Origin: a virus
Lineage: Duplodnaviria; Caudoviricetes
Length of the DNA: 32,125 nucleotides
Direction: 5' to 3' (one strand)
Virus record (IMG/VR): IMGVR_UViG_3300020045_018670
Span: 1-32,125 of that record
Shown piece after piece: positions 17,612 through 24,953 of the stretch (position 1 is the first letter of the stretch; each line of letters opens with the position of its first letter). Both the position numbers and the translations under genes were made by a program. The notes below the pieces were generated by a model, which saw nothing but the letters and a program-made list of their open reading frames with translations, was not told where the DNA came from and did not search any database.

Positions 17612-18001
17612 CTATCTCGCTCTCCAATTATCTGTGTAAATTGAATCTGCTTGCAAATTCAATAACAACTTTTGTTGGAGCAAAAAACCCTCAATTTCAT
17701 CTTCTGGCATATTTGCGATTTGTTCAGCGAAAAGCAATCTCAATTGCGCTTCTTGTTCGTCATATTATTCAAAAGAAACGCTGTATTCCGTTGGCTTGAA
17801 TTCACCATCCCTATTTCGTAAAATAGAAATGCTTTCATCTTCTGTGTCAACATTATAAATAATGCTGTCAGTTGCTTCCAGATGCACCATTTTTGTGTCC
17901 GGGTCACGGTTTACCACACGCAAATCAATTTGTACGTGTTCTATTAATTTACCTCTTCGGTCATTGTGCAATTGCACTTTATCTACTGATATTGCTTTCA
18001 T
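17612..18001 (-). pseudogene. Hypothetical protein (fibre-chaperone position) interrupted by in-frame TAA at 17765-17767
   Basis: MKAISVDK...SVSFE*YDEQEAQLRLLFAEQIANMPEDEIEGFLLQQKLLLNLQADSIYTDNWRAR*; 50 more sense codons in frame fill the gap to the next gene. Confidence 0.7.
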
Positions 18002-18017
18002 ATTGTTGTATATTAAA

Positions 18018-19748
18018 TTACCAATTTTTTCGCCCTGCAATTGCTTCACTTAAATCTATTACAGAATGCAATGCAGAGACTTCGCTATCACTAAATCCCT
18101 CGTGAAATATTACTATTTGAAACCTCTGCATTGAAACGCCCCAAACACTGCCAACATTTTGAGCACCAATAAATATAGTATTACTGGCAAGGGTGCCTGG
18201 AGCTACCACACTTGTATTTTTTAAAACACCATTTTTAAATAATTTTGTTGACGAACTGGTTTGCCTAACTCCCGTTAATATTCCTTTTGCGTCAACAGCA
18301 TCAGTATAAGTAGTTTCATATTTTGTTGACGAATATGACTTTTGCCCTGTAGAAGATGTATTTCTAGGCGAAATAAACATACTTGATGTTTCGCTATTAT
18401 ATGCACCTACGTCTCTTGCATTTCCAGAAGTGCCTGTAACAATATTGTTCGTACCGCAAACAATTGTCAGCCCATTATTATTTAATGACATACTAGAACT
18501 TGGAGAAAAATACGAATTTGCATAAGCACCATATCCATCGCATTTATAACCTAAATTGCTAAATTTCCCATTGCCGTTAAAAGTCAATCTAAAAGCGGCA
18601 TTTGTATCAATAGGATTTTTTGAATTATATTTATGTTGTGCCGAAGTAGTACCCTTGAATGTATATATTGCGTGGCATTTTGTATATAATGAAATTGTTT
18701 TTAACCCTGTAATCAAAACGTATTCACTTTCTTGTTCTGCGCCTGTCAACCCCTTGGCAGAAATTGAGGCATTAGCATCTGTATCTGTATATGAGTAGTT
18801 TGATGTAGATTGAGTTATTGAATTTGAAACAAGCGATTTATTATAAAAAACATCTATTACATAAACAGTGATATTAGAAGAAGTATTGATTGGAACATTA
18901 GCCGCGTATCCTCCACTTGCTGTAATTTTATTACTAAATACACCATTAACATACACATCATAAAAATCAATAGCATTCGTGCTTCCGGTTGGTGCAGTAA
19001 AATTGGTTTGAATCGCTGTATTGTAAATTGTTCCAGATGATAAATCTGTAATAGGATTAGGAGCAACAGAGCTAGTCACATAAACGACATTCGCTCCCTG
19101 TGAAATCGCAGAAGTAATGTCTCCATCAGGAGATCCTGCGTTGTTAGTAGCTAAAGCAGGATTTGCATATATTTTTATTGAATTATATAAACTAATAAAA
19201 ACATTATTTGAAACTGAAGTACTTCCTAACGATGTACACGCAGGGATATATATACTTTCTAAATAGCCTGTAGAGTTTGAAAAAGCAGAATCTCCTATGG
19301 ATGTTGCGTTTTTTAAATTTATACGATTGATATAATAACAACTATCAAAAGAGGCAATTCCTACCGTTGTTGCATTCTGAAAATCCACAATTCCTGATAG
19401 TCCTGACAACTCAAAACAATGGTCTCCCAATGCCGTAACTAAATTATCGGTATCTCTATAGTATCTAATGGATGAATTGCTTTGAAAAGCACTAGCAGGA
19501 ATCGCATAACTCCCTGTAATCTTACACTTAATATCACTGCCGACAACGGTAAAATTTGAAATATTACCTACTGAAATTCCAAGTTTAGTTGCTAAAGATG
19601 AAGCAGTAGAAATAGTAGAAGCAACGCCACCAATATAGGTATTGTAAGTTATAGCGGCTTTATTTCCAAAATTCTGCCTTGCAAAAAGATTGTATTGGGC
19701 GTTTCCAAAAGTTGAAACCAATAATAAAATTAAGAGATACTTTTTCAT
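18018..19748 (-). CDS. Adhesin / receptor-binding-like protein with signal peptide (BspA-type LRR, FN3-like and LamG/ConA-like regions)
   Basis: MKKYLLILLLVSTFGNA|Q; repeats IPASAF, LGDHCF, VGIASF, IGDSAF; APNPITDL...YDVYVNG (FN3-like); TKLFKNG...IFIGA...SDSEV..L (LamG-like). Confidence 0.75.
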   Translation of the reverse strand: MKKYLLILLLVSTFGNAQYNLFARQNFGNKAAITYNTYIGGVASTISTASSLATKLGISVGNISNFTVVGSDIKCKITGSYAIPASAFQSNSSIRYYRDTDNLVTALGDHCFELSGLSGIVDFQNATTVGIASFDSCYYINRINLKNATSIGDSAFSNSTGYLESIYIPACTSLGSTSVSNNVFISLYNSIKIYANPALATNNAGSPDGDITSAISQGANVVYVTSSVAPNPITDLSSGTIYNTAIQTNFTAPTGSTNAIDFYDVYVNGVFSNKITASGGYAANVPINTSSNITVYVIDVFYNKSLVSNSITQSTSNYSYTDTDANASISAKGLTGAEQESEYVLITGLKTISLYTKCHAIYTFKGTTSAQHKYNSKNPIDTNAAFRLTFNGNGKFSNLGYKCDGYGAYANSYFSPSSSMSLNNNGLTIVCGTNNIVTGTSGNARDVGAYNSETSSMFISPRNTSSTGQKSYSSTKYETTYTDAVDAKGILTGVRQTSSSTKLFKNGVLKNTSVVAPGTLASNTIFIGAQNVGSVWGVSMQRFQIVIFHEGFSDSEVSALHSVIDLSEAIAGRKNW

Positions 19749-21163
19749 AGTGAGCCTGCGGTTAAATATTCATTTGAAGTTCCTGTATTTACAATTGTGT
19801 GCGATAGTTTTTCCGCCATTGTTGTTCCTACGTTGTTAATCAAAGTCACGGAACCACCCAAGGCATAAGTCATTGTAACGCCAGCTTGCGTTTCAAACGA
19901 AACATTAAAACCACTCATCAATCCGTTTGGTAAAGTGACGGTGCAGGATGCCGTGAGCAGAATTACTGTACCGTTATCAGAATTGGCAAGGGTTGTATTC
20001 GATGATATTTTACGAACAGTTAAAACAGCGTTTGCTTTTAAATCCAGTGCTGTTTGCTGTGCAGTTGAAACTGGTTTTGCGGTGTCGCTGGTATTGTCCA
20101 CATTCGACAAACCAACCATTGTTTTTGTAATTCCAGACACCGTTCCCGTAAACGTTGGAGAAGCCAAAGGAGCTTTCAAACCTAAATCAGTAACCAAATT
20201 AGTCACCTGGCTTTCTGCAATATTTGGAATATCACCAGCAGTTAACGAAGTTCCCGAAGTGATTAATCCTTTGGAATCATAGGTTATCTTGGTATTTGTG
20301 GCTCCAGTTATGGACGTATTTTTGTCCACTTTTAGAGCCAAAGCATCATAAACTATATCTTCAGATGGAGAATAGTTTGTTTCGCCATTTCGCAAAGCTT
20401 GTGAAACCTGGTTCTTTGGTTTTGGTGATCCTGGTGTCGATGCTGCCGAATCGGTAACTACAAACAAAATCTGAATAGTGTTTGTTGGAACAGCTGGTGA
20501 AACAGGCGTTCCGGTAGTTTCCGTACCTGCAATACGAACAGCCGTGTTCGAAGCATTTAAAACAATCAAGTCAATTCGTTGATAGCCACTCGCTGCCAAA
20601 GGAATATTGATGGTTATTGGCGAAGCGTTCGTTTTATCGACGTTGTTAATTTTCCACGCCCAGCCTGCATTGATGGTGATGTCTTGAACGACTTGGCTAT
20701 ATCCAGCATCCGTAACGACATAAGTGTTGGGATTGATTTGGCTTTTCAGAATGTCCAGTTCCGCATTCACACCGTCAACCGTTGGGAACTTCGTGGCTGT
20801 ACCGTCAGTTGCTAAACTGTTTTGTTTATTGGCCGTGTCTTCTTTTCCTGAAATATCACCACCACCGCCAGAAATCAGGGTGTAAACAGTACCGTTCCAT
20901 CTGTAAAGTTTATTATCGTCTTTTGTTAGATAAATTTTAGCATCAGTTCCAGTAACTGGCAAAGCAGAAGCCGTGGCATATTCGATATAATCGATTAGAT
21001 CAGCTTTGGCAATGGTGTTAACTTCGCCATTGGTTTCTTGGACATTTACTTTTGTGGCTGTCGTGCTTGTGGTGTTACCCGTGATTTTTATCTTGGTAAA
21101 AGGTGTCGGGTTTTGTCCGTATAACGAAACCGAAAGCAGTAATAATAAGATGTATTTTTTCAT
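19745..21163 (-). CDS. Tail-fibre-like protein with signal peptide
   Basis: MKKYILLLLLSVSLYG|Q; fibre motifs TKITYDSKGLITSG, KAPLASPTFTG, VGLSNVDNTSDTAKPVSTAQQTALDLKA; Thr/Ser/Gly-rich. Confidence 0.8.
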   Translation of the reverse strand: MKKYILLLLLSVSLYGQNPTPFTKIKITGNTTSTTATKVNVQETNGEVNTIAKADLIDYIEYATASALPVTGTDAKIYLTKDDNKLYRWNGTVYTLISGGGGDISGKEDTANKQNSLATDGTATKFPTVDGVNAELDILKSQINPNTYVVTDAGYSQVVQDITINAGWAWKINNVDKTNASPITINIPLAASGYQRIDLIVLNASNTAVRIAGTETTGTPVSPAVPTNTIQILFVVTDSAASTPGSPKPKNQVSQALRNGETNYSPSEDIVYDALALKVDKNTSITGATNTKITYDSKGLITSGTSLTAGDIPNIAESQVTNLVTDLGLKAPLASPTFTGTVSGITKTMVGLSNVDNTSDTAKPVSTAQQTALDLKANAVLTVRKISSNTTLANSDNGTVILLTASCTVTLPNGLMSGFNVSFETQAGVTMTYALGGSVTLINNVGTTMAEKLSHTIVNTGTSNEYLTAGSL

Positions 21164-21169
21164 AGTGTT

Positions 21170-22003
21170 TTAGTTTGATCCTGTGATGTAAATGGTGTCT
21201 CCAGCTTCGAGTGTCAATAAGATAATTTCAATTTCGGTTGGTGAGTTTCTTTGCCAATGTGTGGTTTTGAATAAAACCCGACCTTCGCCAAGTGTCACGC
21301 TCATAATTTTTAGACCATCCGGAACCGTGAATTTTTGATCTCCTGATGCGTAGGTGAATAGGTTGGCGTATTCGTTTGATGAAATAGCGCTTTCGAGCGT
21401 AGTTATTCTGTTATCCAATAATCCAGCATCACCTGTGTAAGCGCCTTTGTCGAGTTTGTATGCTAAATCTTGGAGGGTAACTGGCGGTGTGGGTGTTCCT
21501 ATTGTAGTATCGTCAACATCAATTTCAGTTACCAAAATAGATCCAATTGGCACGTTTGGTCTGATTCGTATCGTTTCAGATTCATCGCCTTTGATCAACA
21601 CGATTTGGTTTGATTGGTTGGCCACCAAAATATCTTTCCTCAAATGATCAGCAGCGCACAATGTTTCCGTGATATTTGTATCGGCAATTGTTCCGTAATG
21701 AATTCCTTCATAAACCCATTTGGCATTGGCAGGAACCGTAACCACCAAACCTGCAACGGTAATGTCGCCAACCTCCAATAAGTGACTGAACATTTTATCG
21801 ACAATGGCATCAATGATTTTTTGAACCTCTAAACTTTCGGATACTGGACCGGAAACTCCATCCCTGGAAACGTGGATTAATGAAGTTGGATTGAGTGTTA
21901 ATTGACGTGGAAGTTCAAATATCCTCTTGGCATTTATAACCAACGCGTTATATTTTGCAGTAAGATCTTCCAATCTTTCGGTTACAAATGTTTGAAAACT
22001 CAT
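21170..22003 (-). CDS. Tail fibre anchor/adapter-like protein (no signal peptide)
   Basis: AKRIFELP N-terminal motif; RKDILV docking-like domain shared with the next gene; start taken at ATG 22003 (MSFQTF). Confidence 0.65.
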   Translation of the reverse strand: MSFQTFVTERLEDLTAKYNALVINAKRIFELPRQLTLNPTSLIHVSRDGVSGPVSESLEVQKIIDAIVDKMFSHLLEVGDITVAGLVVTVPANAKWVYEGIHYGTIADTNITETLCAADHLRKDILVANQSNQIVLIKGDESETIRIRPNVPIGSILVTEIDVDDTTIGTPTPPVTLQDLAYKLDKGAYTGDAGLLDNRITTLESAISSNEYANLFTYASGDQKFTVPDGLKIMSVTLGEGRVLFKTTHWQRNSPTEIEIILLTLEAGDTIYITGSN

Positions 22004-22024
22004 TTTTTCTGGATTTTGTTCCCA

Positions 22025-22032
22025 CAAATGTA
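22025..22032 (-). promoter_or_regulatory. Bacteroidota -7 promoter element for the fibre module
   Basis: TACATTTG on the - strand (consensus TAnnTTTG), 21 nt upstream of ATG 22003; no clear -33 TTG. Confidence 0.55.
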
Positions 22033-22044
22033 GAAAATATTTTC

Positions 22045-22067
22045 TTATTTAGAATCATTCTAAATAA
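22045..22067. promoter_or_regulatory. Perfect 11-1-11 palindromic operator, Fur-box-like
   Basis: TTATTTAGAAT-C-ATTCTAAATAA between two divergent -7 elements. Confidence 0.7.
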
Positions 22068-22100
22068 TGAATATTGGAAATAGTTTGCATTGTTATTTTG

Positions 22101-22108
22101 TAACTTTG
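22101..22108 (+). promoter_or_regulatory. Bacteroidota -7 promoter element for the moron
   Basis: TAACTTTG, 5 nt upstream of ATG 22114 (near-leaderless). Confidence 0.55.
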
Positions 22109-22113
22109 TGATT

Positions 22114-22335
22114 ATGGTCTTATTACTGTTTATTCTTGTATTATTTGTCGTGTTTGTGGGCGGTGGATGGCTTATTGGAAAGGCGTTCGGCAATCTCTTG
22201 TTTCCTAAAGAAAAAAAAGACACCTACACTTTTATTGACAAATCGGTTCATCATCATTACCACGAGCACAAGAATATTTCCATCATTGACGATGCAACCA
22301 AAAAGAAGATCTTCGAACTTAAAGACAAGAATTAA
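22114..22335 (+). CDS. Small membrane-anchored protein with His cluster (moron gene 1)
   Basis: N-terminal TM helix MVLLLFILVLFVVFVGGGWLIG, then VHHHYHEH. Confidence 0.7.
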   Translation: MVLLLFILVLFVVFVGGGWLIGKAFGNLLFPKEKKDTYTFIDKSVHHHYHEHKNISIIDDATKKKIFELKDKN

Positions 22336-22598
22336 TGGAAAACATAAAATTTTACTTCATAATCATAAAGCTATTCCTGAAAGGTTTTAGTGTTTCCGAA
22401 ATTCAAAAAGTAATTGAAGACTATAAGTATAAAACAATGATGCTTGAATTTAGATCCAATGCTTTGTGTTTTGGTTTTGACACTTCAACTTATTCCGATG
22501 ATGAACTTTTGAAAAGTGCAGGTATTGCTTCCAAAGAAATTGCAAAATGTGGAGTGACTGCTGAAGAATTAACCAAAGCATTTAAAGCGTTTAAATAA
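22335..22598 (+). CDS. Hypothetical protein (moron gene 2)
   Basis: 87 aa, TAATG-coupled to gene 1. Confidence 0.65.
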   Translation: MENIKFYFIIIKLFLKGFSVSEIQKVIEDYKYKTMMLEFRSNALCFGFDTSTYSDDELLKSAGIASKEIAKCGVTAEELTKAFKAFK

Positions 22599-22616
22599 AT
22601 TAAAGGAAAGCAAGGA

Positions 22617-22844
22617 ATGAAATACTACTTTGTAAAATCAATAGATTTGCCATTTGTAAAAGAATGGAGTATTTATAATGATTGGATTTCTACTGATAGA
22701 ACCCTTTTAATAGAAATGGTTAGAAAAAATTTAGAATCAGAAGTACTACTCGAACCTACAACGATTAATGAAAATGAAGGTTGGTTATTAGTTAATGGCA
22801 GCAAAGAAAAATGGTTGAAAATATGTGAATTAGAGCAAATATAA
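22617..22844 (+). CDS. Hypothetical protein (moron gene 3)
   Basis: 75 aa, followed by terminator hairpins. Confidence 0.6.
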   Translation: MKYYFVKSIDLPFVKEWSIYNDWISTDRTLLIEMVRKNLESEVLLEPTTINENEGWLLVNGSKEKWLKICELEQI

Positions 22845-22847
22845 ATT

Positions 22848-22874
22848 AAAAAAGCCTCCAATTAAGGAAGCTTT
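22848..22874 (-). terminator. Intrinsic terminator (- strand)
   Basis: - strand AAAGCTTCC-TTAATT-GGAGGCTTT then further T residues; one U-G pair. Confidence 0.65.
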
Positions 22875-22907
22875 CAAGTTGATCATTCATTCGAATGAAA
22901 CAAATCT

Positions 22908-22940
22908 AAAAACGGATAGCCCTGAAGTTATCCGTTTTTT
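22908..22940. terminator. Bidirectional terminator between tail operon and moron
   Basis: AAAAACGGATAGC-CCTGAA-GTTATCCGTTTTTT, 5 nt after the stop of 22946..24949. Confidence 0.75.
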
Positions 22941-22945
22941 GCATT

Positions 22946-24949
22946 TTAGTAACTCACAAATCCGGTATCTGTTTGGATTAATCCTGGCACAGCAACAGCG
23001 GTTCCATCAAAATCCATATTACCACTCGATTGGCTGGTGTAAACGCTTCCGGTTTTGATCATCGTGGCGGTCAAAACATAAAGATTTGATTCTTCCAGCG
23101 GTCCTTCAGTATTAAAGCTTCCATTTTTTACATAACCCACGCCATTGATAGTCACGTTTTCGTGTGACAAAGCCAATACCAATTTTCGCCAAATTTCCTT
23201 GGTCACGGGTTCGAAAACTATTTCGTCCACTTCATAAACATCGGCATTCAACAAAATGGAATTCGTGTCGGTTTTGTGAACCTCGCTATCTTCGTCCACT
23301 TTTCCTTTGATAAACGTGTAGGGAATATAGATCGTGTTTTCAATTCCGGTGGCGTAAAATATATCCGTATTGGTGGAATTGCTGTACTTGATTTCCAACA
23401 CTTTTTCGTGTTTGATTTTGCACCAAATTTTTTCAGTCAAATGGATTAAAGGCGTGAAATTCGGGTCGGTATTGTTTATTCGAACCATAAATACTTGATC
23501 GATATAATCCACCATATCAATGGCAAACTCATACACCTCATAATTGAAACGGTTGAAAACAGAAGCCACAATCACGCTTATATCTGAACCGGTGTAGGTA
23601 TTGGAAATTACCAAAACATCGGCATTCTTGGCTTCGTCATAAAACTCACCTTCTATCAAGAACCAGGCGCTTCCTATCTGCACATAATTGCCAGTTTCTT
23701 TCCATTCTGGAAGCAATCCATTCATAAAATGAGTGTCGGTGGCTAATCCTGTCACATAATCATAAATATTGCCGGAAATGAAATACAAGCCTGTTTTGCC
23801 GTTTCCTAAATCATACATAAAAGCATCACGCTTGTCTTTTATCCCGATGTTGGAAGTCTTTTTTACCACCGGAATATTTACCTCACTCAAGTCTGATTTA
23901 ACCACCTTGGCCGTGTTGGTTGCATAATTCGACTTGAATTGCGTAGTAATCACATTGGCACTCTGGAACCGTTGCACATCTTCGTGAACCACATTGGCAA
24001 CTACCTCACGACTCAAAGTGTTTTCGTCTGTTTTATAATTGGCAGAATCTCCCCAAGTAATGCGATTGGCAAAACGAAAAGAGTTTGATTTTGAAATGTA
24101 AAAATAAGGAATGTAAATTCCGGTATCCACAACCGAGAAACCACTTGTAACAAAATAACCCAGCTGATCTTTGATGTATAGATTGTATAATCCAACAGGC
24201 AATCCCGGAAAAACTGGCGATGTTTGCCAAGTGCTATTGTCCAATGAATATTCCAAATTCAGACCACCACTATTCACGTTTGAAACATTTAATGTGCCAC
24301 CGCTTGGAGAATTGACTATGTTCAACGTGAAATTATTGATGTTCAAATAAGCCGGAGTTGTCACGCTTTGCAAAACTTTCAAACCATTGACATCTTCCAC
24401 TTCGACATTGAATGTTGTTGCTCGATAGGCTGTAAACACAATGGGATTTGAAGCATTTGGATCTATAACAAACGGCTGAAGTAATTTTGTAGATAAATGA
24501 TTTGTATCTACATACACCAAACATTTATTGGATTCTTCTCCTGTTTTGGGCTGAAAAACAATAGAATCAATATTGAAAGGCGAAAATATAGCTTCGTTTT
24601 CAATAGTAACATTTGCATAGCTTTCTGCTATTTCAAAAAATTCGGCTCCTGAATAATTTGCTTGAATTACAACAGTTCCAAGTCCCGAACCCACAGATCC
24701 ATTAGTAGATGTTATGGTGTATAATCCGGTTGAATTATAATCCAAATTCAATGCGTTTCTAAAATTTTCTGAAATAAAACCAGTATAATCAGTTCCATTA
24801 AAATATGGAAGGACGGTTTGATACGACCCAAGCCTATTGGTTTTGAATATTTCGGTTATTGTTTTTCCTAAAAAAATATCATAAAAACTATAGTAATAAC
24901 CATTTCCAGGAATTGATGTAAATTCGATTGTTATTTTTGAATAAGCCAT
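22946..24949 (-). CDS. Tail tip / minor tail structural protein
   Basis: 667 aa, second gene after the TMP; Ig-like segment LEYSLDNSTWQTSPVF.GLP.G.Y.LYIKD..G. Confidence 0.7.
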   Translation of the reverse strand: MAYSKITIEFTSIPGNGYYYSFYDIFLGKTITEIFKTNRLGSYQTVLPYFNGTDYTGFISENFRNALNLDYNSTGLYTITSTNGSVGSGLGTVVIQANYSGAEFFEIAESYANVTIENEAIFSPFNIDSIVFQPKTGEESNKCLVYVDTNHLSTKLLQPFVIDPNASNPIVFTAYRATTFNVEVEDVNGLKVLQSVTTPAYLNINNFTLNIVNSPSGGTLNVSNVNSGGLNLEYSLDNSTWQTSPVFPGLPVGLYNLYIKDQLGYFVTSGFSVVDTGIYIPYFYISKSNSFRFANRITWGDSANYKTDENTLSREVVANVVHEDVQRFQSANVITTQFKSNYATNTAKVVKSDLSEVNIPVVKKTSNIGIKDKRDAFMYDLGNGKTGLYFISGNIYDYVTGLATDTHFMNGLLPEWKETGNYVQIGSAWFLIEGEFYDEAKNADVLVISNTYTGSDISVIVASVFNRFNYEVYEFAIDMVDYIDQVFMVRINNTDPNFTPLIHLTEKIWCKIKHEKVLEIKYSNSTNTDIFYATGIENTIYIPYTFIKGKVDEDSEVHKTDTNSILLNADVYEVDEIVFEPVTKEIWRKLVLALSHENVTINGVGYVKNGSFNTEGPLEESNLYVLTATMIKTGSVYTSQSSGNMDFDGTAVAVPGLIQTDTGFVSY

Positions 24950-24953
24950 AATT

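Noticed and set aside
17765-17767. Genome-wide stop-codon reassignment
   Set aside because: TAA, TAG and TGA all end tightly packed genes elsewhere; only one interrupted gene was seen
18018-21163. Diversity-generating retroelement targeting the adhesin
   Set aside because: No reverse transcriptase and no near-duplicate template/variable repeat pair seen in the window
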